A DNA stretch of 64,000 nucleotides, from NCBI GenBank assembly GCA_041615815.1, contig JBFJCP010000002.1:128001-192000 (forward strand). The letters run 5' to 3'. The position numbers and the translations under genes were made by a program. Of the stretch, positions 10,416 to 21,059 are shown in pieces; the first letter of the stretch is position 1, and the number at the start of each line of letters is the position of its first letter. The notes below the pieces were generated by a model. That model was not told the origin of the DNA. It did no database searches and saw only the letters and a program-made list of their open reading frames with translations. The stretch is from Gemmatimonadales bacterium. GTDB lineage: Bacteria; Gemmatimonadota; Gemmatimonadetes; Gemmatimonadales; GWC2-71-9.

Positions 10416-12254
10416 TTAGGCCCTCTTCCCCAGCGCCTTGTCCAGATTGTACGCCGCGCTGATCAACGCCAGGTGGGTCAGCCCTTGGGGGAAGTTCCCG
10501 AGTGCTTCCCCACTCGAACCCGTTTCTTCGGCGTACAAGCCTAGATGGTTGGCATAGCCGAGCATCTCCTCGAACATGAGGCGAGCCCGATCCAGCATGG
10601 CGGGATCGGCCTGGCCGGCCCGGGTGAGTGCTTCCACCAACCAGAAGGTGCAGATGTTGAACGTTCCTTCCTCACCACCAACACCATCCGCGGTTTCATT
10701 CACGTTGTAGCGATACACGAGGCTGTTGGCGAGCAAGCCCCCACGTCCTGGTGGCTCACATATGGCATCGAGCGTCTTGAGCATGCGTGGGTCCGTGGGC
10801 GACACGAAGAACACGAGCGGCATGATCAGGTTCGCGGCGTCGAGATTCTCGCTTCCATAGTGCTGCACGAAGGCCCGTCGGTTGGGATTCCAGCCTTGCT
10901 GCATGATATCTTCGTAGATCCGGTCACGAATGCTGAGCCACCGCTCGTGGTCGCACGGGAACGATCGCTTGTAGGCCAAGCGAAGCCCTCGATCGATGGC
11001 CACCCAGCACATGAGCTTCGAGTACACGAAGTGCTGGCGCCCTCCCCGCACCTCCCAAATCCCTTCGTCTTTTTCCTGCCAATGGTCGCCAACCCAATTG
11101 ACCAGTCGACGCAGATGGGTCCAGAGATCGTAGGAGATGGGCGACCCGTATTTGTTGTGGAGATAGACGGAATCCATCAGCTCGCCATAGATATCGAGCT
11201 GGAGCTGACCGTAGGCACCGTTGCCCACGCGAACAGGGCGGGAGCCGCGATAGCCCTCGAGGTGGTGGAGGGGTTCCTCGTGCAAATCGTGGCGCCCGTC
11301 GATCCCGTACATTACTTGGAGGGATCCGTCTGGTTCGAGCTCGTGACAGCGTGCCTCCAGCCAACTCATGAATTGCGCCGCCTCTTCGGTGAAGCCGACG
11401 CGCATGAGCCCATAGATGGTGAACGCGGCATCACGCAGCCACGTGTAGCGGTAGTCCCAGTTGCGGCTGCCGCCCACATGCTCTGGAAGACTCATGGTCG
11501 GAGCCGCTACGATGGCGCCGGTGGGTTCGTACGTCATGAGCTTGAGCGCGAGGGCGGATCGCTGCACCATCTCCCGCCATCGCCCCGCATAGCTGCACCG
11601 TGCCAGCCAGCGCCGCCAGTAGTCCACCGTACCGCGAAACAGTTCGAAGACCTCGTCCTCCGAAGGACACGGGCCACACCCCTTGCCCCGTTCGACACCG
11701 CGAAACACGAACGTGAGTGACTCTCCTTCCCCCAACGTCATCTCCGCCCGCACCCCAGCGCCGTCACGCGTCAGCGGTGCGCTCGTGACCAATGCCATGG
11801 TCGGCCCGGTCGTGGGTTCGAAGCAGGCACCGGTGGACGTCAACACGATGTCATGCGCGCTGCGGGCATAATCGAACGCGGGACGACAGTCGACTTCGAA
11901 CGTCATTTGACCTCGAACCACCTGCACCTGCCGCATGAGCCAGTGGAAGCCGAGCCGGTTCTTCGTGATCCCGACCGGCATGAAATCGATGATCTGACCC
12001 ACACCGTCCTTGGTGAGAAACCGGGTGACGAGGACATTCGTGTCGGGCCAATAGAACTGGCGGGGCACCACATCTCCGCGTGCAGGAGCGATCCGGAACC
12101 GTCCCCCTTTTTCATCGTCGAGGATGGCGGCAAAGACGCTGGGCGAGTCGAAATGCGGATGGCATAACCAGTCGATAGACCCATCCATGCCCACCAACGC
12201 GGCGGTGTGCATGTTCCCGATGATGCCGTAGTCTTCAATGGGTTGGTATGGCAT
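10416..12254 (-). CDS. glycoside hydrolase family 15 (glucoamylase/trehalase-like)
   Basis: [40 protein letters not shown]. Confidence 0.96.
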   Translation of the reverse strand: MPYQPIEDYGIIGNMHTAALVGMDGSIDWLCHPHFDSPSVFAAILDDEKGGRFRIAPARGDVVPRQFYWPDTNVLVTRFLTKDGVGQIIDFMPVGITKNRLGFHWLMRQVQVVRGQMTFEVDCRPAFDYARSAHDIVLTSTGACFEPTTGPTMALVTSAPLTRDGAGVRAEMTLGEGESLTFVFRGVERGKGCGPCPSEDEVFELFRGTVDYWRRWLARCSYAGRWREMVQRSALALKLMTYEPTGAIVAAPTMSLPEHVGGSRNWDYRYTWLRDAAFTIYGLMRVGFTEEAAQFMSWLEARCHELEPDGSLQVMYGIDGRHDLHEEPLHHLEGYRGSRPVRVGNGAYGQLQLDIYGELMDSVYLHNKYGSPISYDLWTHLRRLVNWVGDHWQEKDEGIWEVRGGRQHFVYSKLMCWVAIDRGLRLAYKRSFPCDHERWLSIRDRIYEDIMQQGWNPNRRAFVQHYGSENLDAANLIMPLVFFVSPTDPRMLKTLDAICEPPGRGGLLANSLVYRYNVNETADGVGGEEGTFNICTFWLVEALTRAGQADPAMLDRARLMFEEMLGYANHLGLYAEETGSSGEALGNFPQGLTHLALISAAYNLDKALGKRA

Positions 12255-12318
12255 GTCCCGCTGCGTCTCCTCGCGTCGCTGCCGCTCCTGCCACCCGTGC
12301 CACCTGTGCCACCTGTTG

Positions 12319-13866
12319 CTACTGAACCGGTCTCAGATCCGCGCTTGCCACTGCCGCTAAGATCTCCATCCCTCGGAACAGGTTGCCGATCCGCACGTTC
12401 TCGTTGGCGGCGTGCTGGTTGTTGTCGTGGTTCACCGTCGGGATGACGACGAATGGCGCCTCGAGAATATCCGTGAACACATAGGCGGGGCCGCTCCCAC
12501 CCATCGTGGGACTGATCACCGGGGTGCCCAATCCCGCCGCGGTGAGGGCCGCGATCACGCCCCGCGCCGCTGGACTCGCCAGACTCGTACGGCCCGCGCG
12601 ATAGCCATGTCCGGCGGTGACTTTGACCAGTAACGGTGAGGACACGCGGGTCAGCGAATCAGGCTCCTCGCGGACCACCGTGTACCCTTGCCGTTCGATG
12701 TGGCGGACCAGCTTGGCCACTTGACGTTCGGGGTTGTTTCCCGCCACGAGCCGGAGATCCAATTCCGCGATCGCCATGTCTGGAATGATCGTCCGGGCCT
12801 GCGATCCCACGAACATGCTCTGGAGCCCGCGGACGTTGAGCGAGGGCTGCGCCACCAGTTCCATGCGGGGGGCGCCACCACCGTCCACCGAGCCCAGCTG
12901 GAGGGCGAGTCGACGGTGCGGGTCGTCGTGTGGGTACTCGGCCCAGGCGCGCTGCTCCTCCGGTCCATAGGGAGTGACGTCGTCGTCCCAGCCCGAAACC
13001 AGTATCTCGCCATTCGGGCCCTTCATCGTGGCCAGGAGCTGCGCCAGCCGCATGGCCGGATTGGGCGCCCAGTTGCCATAATGCCCGGAGTGGAGCGGGA
13101 GGATCGGTCCGTAGACGGTGAGCGTGACGGCCGCCATACCCCGAAGGCCGAAATCAGCCGTGGGATGATTCGAGGGGTGAATGGGTCCATCCGCCATGAC
13201 TACGAGATCGGCGGCGAAGAGATCGTGATGGTCGCTCACCACCGACGCCAAGTACTGCGAGCCCGCCTCTTCATCGCCCTCGAAAAGAAACGCGAGCCGG
13301 TTTCGGAGCGGGACGCCGGCGGTGCGCCAGGCATCGAGCATCCGCAGGAGCGCCACGATGGGAGCCTTGTCGTCGCTCGCGGACCGCGCGTAGAGCCGCC
13401 AATTCGGATCGACAGGGGTCCCCGCGGTGGGCCACTCGGGAATGACATCGCCTCCCTCGGCCAGCGAGGCGGTCCGAAGGACCGGATTCCACGGCGAGGT
13501 TTGCTGCCAATGCTCGGGATTGGCCGGCTGACCATCGAAGTGACAGTAAAAGAGGATCGTGGGAAGTGACCGATCGCCGAGCTCGCCGTACACCACCGGC
13601 GGACCACCGGTCTCGATGAGCCGGGTCGTGACCCCGCGGGCCTCCATCATCGACCGAAGCGCCTCAGCGTTCCGCCGGATGTTGGGCAGATCCGAGGCGA
13701 CATTGGGAATGGTGAGAAGATCGCGCAGCTCGGTGACGATCTCGACCGAGTGCTCGGCGTGGTACGTCCGCACGACCTCGACCGGTCCCTGAGCCGGTGC
13801 CACGCTCCCGAAGAGGACCGGACTCACCGCGAGGATGAGCGCGGGAATCGTTGAACCCTTTGCCAT
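12319..13866 (-). CDS. M20/M25/M40 family metallopeptidase, exported
   Basis: [38 protein letters not shown]; signal peptide from ATG 13866. Confidence 0.92.
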   Translation of the reverse strand: MAKGSTIPALILAVSPVLFGSVAPAQGPVEVVRTYHAEHSVEIVTELRDLLTIPNVASDLPNIRRNAEALRSMMEARGVTTRLIETGGPPVVYGELGDRSLPTILFYCHFDGQPANPEHWQQTSPWNPVLRTASLAEGGDVIPEWPTAGTPVDPNWRLYARSASDDKAPIVALLRMLDAWRTAGVPLRNRLAFLFEGDEEAGSQYLASVVSDHHDLFAADLVVMADGPIHPSNHPTADFGLRGMAAVTLTVYGPILPLHSGHYGNWAPNPAMRLAQLLATMKGPNGEILVSGWDDDVTPYGPEEQRAWAEYPHDDPHRRLALQLGSVDGGGAPRMELVAQPSLNVRGLQSMFVGSQARTIIPDMAIAELDLRLVAGNNPERQVAKLVRHIERQGYTVVREEPDSLTRVSSPLLVKVTAGHGYRAGRTSLASPAARGVIAALTAAGLGTPVISPTMGGSGPAYVFTDILEAPFVVIPTVNHDNNQHAANENVRIGNLFRGMEILAAVASADLRPVQ

Positions 13867-14100
13867 ATCGCCCAGCCGGACCATCGCGAGCCTCCCAGTG
13901 ATGACCTGTTCACCATCTACACTATGGATTAATGCTGTACAGCCGCCCACTCGTTGCACGTCATCGACCGACACCCGAACCTGCAACCCGTCCCGCACCC
14001 CTCACCCTGACCATCCCAAAACCGGAGCAACATGGCGGTCCACACCTGAGGCGGCAAGCCGCTCCTTGCGACTCTGGCGCGACTCGCCCCTTTTCCAGAC

Positions 14101-14445
14101 ATGCCACCATCCTGGGATCCCGGCCGGCTTGGGCAAAAACTGGACGCGATTCATCGCCTTCGTGAGCGCCGACGACGACGGGTCCGTCGACGCGCCCAGC
14201 GCCTCGCGCCCTGGCTCTTCGCCGTGTGGGTCTTGGTGAACATCCCACCGCTCGCGCTTCTGGGGATGGTCATCGTGAGCCAGCGCCCCCCCCTTGGCGA
14301 GCTCGCGCGGGACGCCTTGGCGGTGTTGCTCTGGGCCCTCATCACCGGCGGAGCGCTGATCGGAGGATTCCTGATCGTGCTCCTGACTATCGAAATAATC
14401 GGCCGGAGCCGCCTGGCTCAACGAAAGGAGGAATCAGGTCGGTAG
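14101..14445 (+). CDS. hypothetical membrane protein (2 TM)
   Basis: ATG-initiated ORF with an Arg-rich N-terminus and two hydrophobic helices, filling the gap before PBP1B. Confidence 0.6.
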   Translation: MPPSWDPGRLGQKLDAIHRLRERRRRRVRRRAQRLAPWLFAVWVLVNIPPLALLGMVIVSQRPPLGELARDALAVLLWALITGGALIGGFLIVLLTIEIIGRSRLAQRKEESGR

Positions 14446-14576
14446 CTTTCCAGGATGACCTCGCGCTGGCGCCTCTGCCTAGAGCCGTCTGTTCGCCCCT
14501 GCAACCCTCCGAAACACCCGGGCATCCAACTGCGTAGGATATCCTGTTGCCATTCTTCTCTTTCTGGGAGCGAACC

Positions 14577-16922
14577 ATGCGACGCGTCCCATGGTTGCGC
14601 CACCAATCCACGACCACTCTGCTGGTCACCGCCGGCGTCGTGTGTGCGGCGCTCGCCCAGGTGGCCATCGCTGGCGAGGCGTTATGGCGAGCCCGGCTCG
14701 GCCACGAGATCACCGACACCCCCATCCGATTCTATGCCAGGCCCACCGTCCTGTATCCCGGTGCGCGGGTCGATACCGATCGCCTCGGCCAAACGCTCCA
14801 CGACCTCGGATATAGGGCAGTCCGCTCGTCGCGCGTCGATGTGGGTGAGTTCGCCCGCCGCGGCCGAACCTGGACTGTGGGACGTCGTGGGTTTCGAGCA
14901 CCGGGTCACCTCGACTCGGGCGGCGTCGCAGTGCTGACCCTGGATTACAACGATCGCGTGCGCGGCATCCGGGACGCCCGTGGCCACCGTTTGCCATACT
15001 TCTCCCTCGAACCGCAACTGCTGCACAGTCCGGCTCGAAGCACCCACGTCGACCGCATTCCCGTGCGATTGGCGGACGTGCCCTCATCGCTGATCGCCGC
15101 CGTGCTGACGGTGGAGGACCAGCGCTTCTATCAGCATCGCGGGGTGGACGTTTCGCGAATCGTCGGCGCCACGGTGGCGAATGTGAAGGCAGGACGCGTG
15201 GTGCAGGGTGCCAGTACCATCACCCAGCAACTCGTCAAGAACCGGTTCCTGTCGTCCCGGCGCACCCCTGTCCGAAAGGTCCGGGAAGCGGCCATGGCCG
15301 CGGTGCTCGAGCGACGTCATTCGAAGGACGAGATTCTCGAGGCTTACCTGAATCAGATCTACCTCGCACAAGATGGGGCCTACGCCATTCACGGTGTTGG
15401 CCGGGCGTCGCAGTTCTTCTTCGGCAAGGACGTGAGCCAGCTCGATCTGGCCGAGTCAGCGCTCTTGGCAGGAATCATCAAGGGGCCGAGCCTCTATTCG
15501 CCGGTACGGCACCCCGAGGCAGCGAGGGCCCGGCGGAATCTCGTGCTGGGTCTCTTGAGGGATCGCGAGCTCATTTCGGCCGAGGCCTTCGAGGGTGCGG
15601 TTGAGGCGCCACTTCGATTGCGTGAGCGTTCCGCGCGGACGCGCCGCGGCCGCTACTTCGTGGATTACGTAGCCGCCGAGCTCCTGGCCAGCCAAGGCGC
15701 GAACGCGCTGCAGACGGGTCTGTCGGTCTTCACCACGCTGGACCTCACGCTGCAGCGGGCCGCCGAGGACGCGGTGCAGGAGGGGCTCGAGCGACTGGAA
15801 CGCGCGTATCCGCGGCTCCGGGCCGAAGGAGTTCCACTCCAGGCCGCCCTGGTGGCACTGAATCCCCACACCGGTGAGATCCTCGCGATGGTCGGGGGTA
15901 GAGACTACGCAGAGTCCCAGTACAATCGTGCGGTGCATGCGCGGCGGCAGCCCGGCAGCGCGTTCAAACCGATCGTCGCGGTGGCCGCGCTCAGTGGGAA
16001 AAGCGGATTCACGCTCGCGACGCCACTGGCCGACGAGCCGTTGGCGGTCGAGACGCCCGCCGGGCTCTGGCAGCCGGCCAACTACGACGGACAGTTCCGA
16101 GGACGGGTATCCTTCCGCGAGGCTCTCGAGCGCTCCCTCAACGTTCCGCTCGCGCGCGTGGGATTGGAGGTAGGACCTGAGCGGATCGTGAGTACTGCGC
16201 GGAGCTTGGGGGTGCGCGGCACGCTTCAGCCCGTCCCCAGCTTGGCCTTGGGATCATCGGAAGTGAGTCCGTTCGATCTCACGCGTGCCTTTGGTGTGCT
16301 CGCCGCAGAGGGGTATCGGGCCAACGCCCAGACAACACTCGCTGTCCTCGGCCCGTACGGCGAGGTGGTCAGTCAGTTCGAGCGGGACGGCGAACGCGTG
16401 ATCGGTGCCGCGGCGGCTTATCTCGTCACATCGGCGTTAGAGGGAGCGGTGAACCGCGGAACGGGCCGCGGGCTCCGGTCGATGGGCTATCGTGGCCCTC
16501 TGGCGGCCAAGTCCGGAACCACCAATGAGTATCGAGACGCGTGGTTCATCGGATATACGCCCAACCTCGCCATCGGCGTGTGGGTTGGATTCGATGATGG
16601 ACGAAGTGTGGGCCTCCCGGGATCGGGGGCGGCACTCCCGATCTTCGGCCGATTTCTCCTCGGTGCGGTGGGCCGATATGGCGACGGTGACTTCTACCCG
16701 CCGCGGGACATCGAGGTCGTCGAGATCGATCCGCACACTGGGCTTCGGGCAGGACCTGGCTGTCGCGGTGAGGCGGAGGTCTTCCTGCCCGGGACGGCAC
16801 CCGAGGAGAGTTGCGCCCCGTACTGGGCTTCGAGCCGCGACGGGCGGCGAGGGTGGTCCGGCTTCGAGCGGGATCTGCGTCGGTTTTTCGAGGGACTCCG
16901 CCGACGCCTGGAGAGGAACTAG
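14577..16922 (+). CDS. mrcB: penicillin-binding protein 1B (UB2H + GT51 + transpeptidase)
   Basis: EDQRFYQHRG and GASTITQQ (GT51); SAFK, SLN and KSGT (transpeptidase); UB2H-like LGYR..GEF segment. Confidence 0.9.
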   Translation: MRRVPWLRHQSTTTLLVTAGVVCAALAQVAIAGEALWRARLGHEITDTPIRFYARPTVLYPGARVDTDRLGQTLHDLGYRAVRSSRVDVGEFARRGRTWTVGRRGFRAPGHLDSGGVAVLTLDYNDRVRGIRDARGHRLPYFSLEPQLLHSPARSTHVDRIPVRLADVPSSLIAAVLTVEDQRFYQHRGVDVSRIVGATVANVKAGRVVQGASTITQQLVKNRFLSSRRTPVRKVREAAMAAVLERRHSKDEILEAYLNQIYLAQDGAYAIHGVGRASQFFFGKDVSQLDLAESALLAGIIKGPSLYSPVRHPEAARARRNLVLGLLRDRELISAEAFEGAVEAPLRLRERSARTRRGRYFVDYVAAELLASQGANALQTGLSVFTTLDLTLQRAAEDAVQEGLERLERAYPRLRAEGVPLQAALVALNPHTGEILAMVGGRDYAESQYNRAVHARRQPGSAFKPIVAVAALSGKSGFTLATPLADEPLAVETPAGLWQPANYDGQFRGRVSFREALERSLNVPLARVGLEVGPERIVSTARSLGVRGTLQPVPSLALGSSEVSPFDLTRAFGVLAAEGYRANAQTTLAVLGPYGEVVSQFERDGERVIGAAAAYLVTSALEGAVNRGTGRGLRSMGYRGPLAAKSGTTNEYRDAWFIGYTPNLAIGVWVGFDDGRSVGLPGSGAALPIFGRFLLGAVGRYGDGDFYPPRDIEVVEIDPHTGLRAGPGCRGEAEVFLPGTAPEESCAPYWASSRDGRRGWSGFERDLRRFFEGLRRRLERN

Positions 16923-16960
16923 CGACGCTCGTCGCAAGTCGCGCGGAGCTTCCTCGTCCG

Positions 16961-18184
16961 CTAGCTCCACGCCTCGCGGAGCAGACGAATCGCGTTGCCG
17001 CCCATGGCTTTCGCAATCTCCTCGTCCGAATACCCGTGCTTCACGAGCCACCGCATGATGTTCTTCGAACCCTCGGTGGGATTCTCGAGCCCTTTCACGT
17101 ACTCGACTTCCTGAAACGCTGGGTTCTCGGCGCCGTTCCCATCAGCATCTCGCGATTCCTTGATGGATAGCGCAGCCGAGTAGACCCGGTGGAGACCCAC
17201 GTGATCCCCGTACAGGGTATCGGGACCAAAGGCCACATGATCAATGCCCACGAGACCCTTGATGTACTCGAAATGCTCCATCACCGGCTCGATGCTGTGC
17301 GTGGTGTCGTTTCGTGTGAGTGTCGTATGGGGAGCGGCTTCCACACCAATGACCCCTCCCTTGGCGGCACAAGCCTCGAGTACATCATCTGGTGCCAACC
17401 GATTCGAGTGCCACAAGGCTCGAGCGCCAATGTGGCTCAGCACGATCGGCTTCTCGCTGGCTGCAATGACGTCCAGGGTCGTCTGATCACCGCAGTGGGA
17501 GCAGTCGACCAACATTCCAAGCTTGTTCATTCGCGCCACGGCCTTCCGGCCGAACACGGTGAGTCCGCCATCGCGTGGCTCCTTCAGTCCCGACCCTAGC
17601 GCATTGGACTCGCTGTACGTGACGCCGAGCGCACGTACTCCGAAACCGTAGAGGATGTCGATTCGGTCCAGCTCGTTCTCGATCATGGCCGCGCCCTCGA
17701 TCGAAGCAATCCAGGCCACGCGACCCTCCTCGTGGGCCTGAAGGATTTCGTCCACCTTCGTGCAATGCAGGACGAAGTCTTGATGGGCGAGATCGCACAA
17801 TCGCATTCCGAGATCGTGTAAGACCTCCGTCCACTTCCACCCGTGGGGAGACTCGATGTTCAGGATTCCATCCATCAGGTTGTCGAACACCCCATCCCAA
17901 TGACTGGCGGCCAGCGCCCGGAACGCGGTTGCCATCCGGCCTTCGTGTGTATACGCAGGCGATTGGCGAATGTCACTGGGAAACAGGCCAACGTGCTCGT
18001 GGAGCGAGATCATCACGCAGTCGCGAATCAGCCGCTCTACGCGTTGCTCCTCGTCCCTAGTGAGCGGAATGAGATACGGCTCGACGCGATCGAGTTCCGG
18101 CGCTAGGTCGAACGCCCGGTAGTCGGTGCCCTCGTCGAGATAGGCAAACGACTTGTATGCGGTACCGCGCTTGGTGAGACTCAT
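16961..18184 (-). CDS. membrane dipeptidase (peptidase M19)
   Basis: SIEGA, GLTVFGRKAVARMNKLGMLVDCSH, SH, GIDHVAFGPD, GGNAIRL. Confidence 0.93.
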   Translation of the reverse strand: MSLTKRGTAYKSFAYLDEGTDYRAFDLAPELDRVEPYLIPLTRDEEQRVERLIRDCVMISLHEHVGLFPSDIRQSPAYTHEGRMATAFRALAASHWDGVFDNLMDGILNIESPHGWKWTEVLHDLGMRLCDLAHQDFVLHCTKVDEILQAHEEGRVAWIASIEGAAMIENELDRIDILYGFGVRALGVTYSESNALGSGLKEPRDGGLTVFGRKAVARMNKLGMLVDCSHCGDQTTLDVIAASEKPIVLSHIGARALWHSNRLAPDDVLEACAAKGGVIGVEAAPHTTLTRNDTTHSIEPVMEHFEYIKGLVGIDHVAFGPDTLYGDHVGLHRVYSAALSIKESRDADGNGAENPAFQEVEYVKGLENPTEGSKNIMRWLVKHGYSDEEIAKAMGGNAIRLLREAWS

Positions 18185-18328
18185 CCCTCGGCGCTCCGGT
18201 GGCTCGTCGCGTCAATGATACACCGGGCCGCTGCGAGGCGTGAGAGGGAACGAAGACGTGTGAGAATGATCGAGGGTTACCGCAGCGGATTCACGAACGT
18301 ATCTTCTGCCGCCTCGGCGGCCTCCCAT

Positions 18329-18344
18329 GGGCACGCCGCTTGCT
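18329..18344 (+). promoter_or_regulatory. putative sigma-54 -24/-12 promoter
   Basis: GGGCACGCCGCTTGCT against consensus TGGCACG-N4-TTGCW, exact GG-N10-GC spacing, 16 nt upstream of ATG 18361. Confidence 0.65.
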
Positions 18345-18360
18345 AGCCAGGTAGGTCATC

Positions 18361-18627
18361 ATGGTCGAGACCAAGCCACCCGCCCAAACGAGCCCCCGAT
18401 TCGCCGTGCATCTGGTGCACCACGATCTCGGGAAGCAGCGCCGGTTGACGCTGTGCGAGCGCCCCATCGGGTTGGGGGACGACGCCGTGATTCCGTACGA
18501 TGTGGTCACCGAAGCACATCTCGAGAGTGTCAGCTGCCCGCAGTGTCTGCAATTGGCGGGATCACGCCCACGCCGTTGGCGTCGTCACTCGCGGCCTGGC
18601 GACTTCACGCCTCCCGCCAACACGTAA
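18361..18627 (+). CDS. small hypothetical protein, putative H/C/CxxC zinc finger
   Basis: VHLVHH...TLCE...SCPQC; directly downstream of a sigma-54-like promoter. Confidence 0.55.
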   Translation: MVETKPPAQTSPRFAVHLVHHDLGKQRRLTLCERPIGLGDDAVIPYDVVTEAHLESVSCPQCLQLAGSRPRRWRRHSRPGDFTPPANT

Positions 18628-18844
18628 GCCTACATTCCGTAAATCGTTGCGCGCCTGAACCTCCCGTCATTGAGACGGAGTCGTCGGCGCCAAACAGTGA
18701 CCCGTCCAGGGTCGTCGATGGCCGCGTTTCCTTGACGGGGTCGTGACCGAGCGCCCAATTATTGAGAGATGGACGATCTGGGCAGGTGGCTCCTCTCAAA
18801 GTTGCTGGCGCCAACTCGACCCGGCTTACCTCATGGAGACCGTT

Positions 18845-20098
18845 ATGCTCCGCGCGCTCCCCCGAGCCCTTGGGCTTAGCCTCCTCGGTCTGGCGATGGC
18901 GGTCCCTGCGGCGTCGCAGGTCGCGACCTCAGCACAGCCCGAAGCACAGGCCGCCTTCGATCGAGGCCATGCGCACTACCTCGGCACCGAATACCGCCAA
19001 GCGTTGCCTTACTTGTATCGCGCCTACGAGTTGGACTCCACGTTCGTGGTGCCACTGGTCTTCGCGGCTTTGAGTCACAACAATCTCACCGAGTACGCCG
19101 ACACGGATTCTCTGGTGCAGGAGTTGGGAAAGCACCGGCATCGTTTGGACGCCTACCACACGGGGTGGCTGAGCTATCTCGAAGGTCGGATGCTCGGTGA
19201 CAACGAAGCGGCCCTCCGGGCGATTCGCCGGGCGGCCAAGGAGGCTCCCGGCTCCAAGGCGGTCTACAACCAAGCGTTCATCGCCGTCGGCCTGAACAAG
19301 CCCGAAGAGGCCGCGAGGGCGCTGGAGACGTTGGATCCCATGAAGGCGCCCATGCGCGGCTGGTTTCCATATTGGAATCAGCTCACCCGGTCGTACGCGC
19401 TCCTCGGGCAACACGACCGCCAGCTGGAGGCCGCCCGCCAGGCGCGCCAGCACTACCCCACGAGCCTAGCTGCGTTGTATCTGGAAACCGAGGCCATGGC
19501 CTTCAAAGGCAATGCCAAAGAGATCGAGCGCCTACTGGAGGAAGGGAAAACCCTCGTGCCTGCGGGTGGACTCAATCTCGGCGCCGTCATGACCAACACC
19601 GGCGTGGTGCTGGCCGCAACCGGTGACCGTGGTGCTGCCTCGCGTCTTTTCGAGCGCGCGCTGGAATGGTTCGACGCACAGCCGCGGGAGACCAAGCTCT
19701 CGGAGAACCACCGGAGTTGGGTGGCCTGGACCCTCTACAACGCCGGGCGATGGCCGGAGGCACGCCGGGCGTATCGCCGGCTCGTGATCGACTTTTCGGA
19801 GGATCGAACCTACCGCGGGCTCCTGGGGGTCAGCTCGGCTCGTGACGGCGATGCCGATGAGGGAGCGCTGCTCGCCAAGTGGCTGGAGGGCGAGACGAGC
19901 CCCTATGTCTTCGGCAGCAACACGTTTTGGCGAGGGCACATCGCCGCTGCCTCGGGAGACACCGCCGACGCAGTCCGGCTGTTCCGCGAAGCGGTAGCGG
20001 AGGGGTTTCTGCTACCCCGCCTGTTCCCCTGGGACCCGAACCTCCGCGACCTCCGCCAAGATCCATCGTTCCAGGAGTTCCTGCGCCCCGCGGGCTGA
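18845..20098 (+). CDS. secreted tetratricopeptide-repeat protein
   Basis: Signal peptide (..AVPAASQ), multiple TPR-like helices, C-terminal DPNLRDLRQDPSFQ motif typical of TolB/TPR ectodomains. Confidence 0.82.
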   Translation: MLRALPRALGLSLLGLAMAVPAASQVATSAQPEAQAAFDRGHAHYLGTEYRQALPYLYRAYELDSTFVVPLVFAALSHNNLTEYADTDSLVQELGKHRHRLDAYHTGWLSYLEGRMLGDNEAALRAIRRAAKEAPGSKAVYNQAFIAVGLNKPEEAARALETLDPMKAPMRGWFPYWNQLTRSYALLGQHDRQLEAARQARQHYPTSLAALYLETEAMAFKGNAKEIERLLEEGKTLVPAGGLNLGAVMTNTGVVLAATGDRGAASRLFERALEWFDAQPRETKLSENHRSWVAWTLYNAGRWPEARRAYRRLVIDFSEDRTYRGLLGVSSARDGDADEGALLAKWLEGETSPYVFGSNTFWRGHIAAASGDTADAVRLFREAVAEGFLLPRLFPWDPNLRDLRQDPSFQEFLRPAG

Positions 20099-20119
20099 GA
20101 GAGCTTGGGAAACCCCATG

Positions 20120-20151
20120 AGCCCCTCATCTCGCATCGGTGGGGGGCTTTC
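20120..20151 (+). terminator. putative intrinsic terminator
   Basis: AGCCCCTCATC / GGTGGGGGGCT stem with G-U pairs and a short T run, 21 nt after the TPR gene stop. Confidence 0.45.
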
Positions 20152-20321
20152 GCATCCAGCGATCTCCTTTTCCACCCGCTATCCCTCTGCCCTCTTTCCC
20201 CTGCCCTCAACCACCTGCATTCTCCACTCGGTATGCCACCGGGCTTCACTCATCGGCGGGTGACGCCTCGCGGACCGAGCATGTCTCTCAGTCCGTGGCC
20301 AGGACAACTGAGCCAACCACG

Positions 20322-21056
20322 ATGCATGTCCGGATGAGCGCAGAGCGATCGGCGAGCCCCGAGCCCCACGTTCGTATCCTCAGCGGCACGCCCCAAGCCA
20401 GGGCCGCCAAGATCCTCGGGGTCGCGAGCCCTCTCGTACTGAGCGTCGGAATCGCCTTGTTGCTCGAAATGCCAGGGCTTGCGCTCCTCGGAGTCGTGAC
20501 AAGCACCCTGTTGGCATGGATGGTGGCCGGGCAGAGGGGGCCGCCCGCTGCCGTGTTGGGACTCACCCGGGGCTCGCCGCGACGGCTCATCGGTCTTTCC
20601 GCCGCTGCGACGGTACTGCTCCTCGTCGTCTCCTCGATTGCTGGGGCGCTCTTAGCGCGCGGGGGTCTCACGCCCAATCTCGAGTCATTCGCGCAGATCC
20701 GCGGAAACATCCCAGCGCTCGCCGCGGGACTCGTCGTGGTGTGGACCACCGCCGCCTTCGGTGAGGAGATCCTGTTCCGCGGGTTCTTGCTGAGCGGGCT
20801 GGAGGATCTCTGCCGGAGTTGGGGGACCGGCCCGCGGGGAGCCTTGGTCACCGGTCTCGTGGTCAGCTCAGCGGTGTTTGGTCTTGGGCATCTCTATCAG
20901 GGGGCCGCAGGCGCCATGCTCGCTGGGCTCTTGGGATTTGGCTACGGCCTGCTGTTCGTGGGGACACACCGCTGGTTGTGGCCCGCCGTGGTCTCCCATG
21001 GACTGTACGACACGGTAGGGTTCGTCGCGGTCTTCGCGGGCCTCGTCCCGACCTGA
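20322..21056 (+). CDS. CPBP family intramembrane metalloprotease (CAAX/Abi)
   Basis: EEILFRG, FGLGH and HGLYD motifs in a multi-TM protein; start uncertain. Confidence 0.9.
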   Translation: MHVRMSAERSASPEPHVRILSGTPQARAAKILGVASPLVLSVGIALLLEMPGLALLGVVTSTLLAWMVAGQRGPPAAVLGLTRGSPRRLIGLSAAATVLLLVVSSIAGALLARGGLTPNLESFAQIRGNIPALAAGLVVVWTTAAFGEEILFRGFLLSGLEDLCRSWGTGPRGALVTGLVVSSAVFGLGHLYQGAAGAMLAGLLGFGYGLLFVGTHRWLWPAVVSHGLYDTVGFVAVFAGLVPT

Positions 21057-21059
21057 GGA

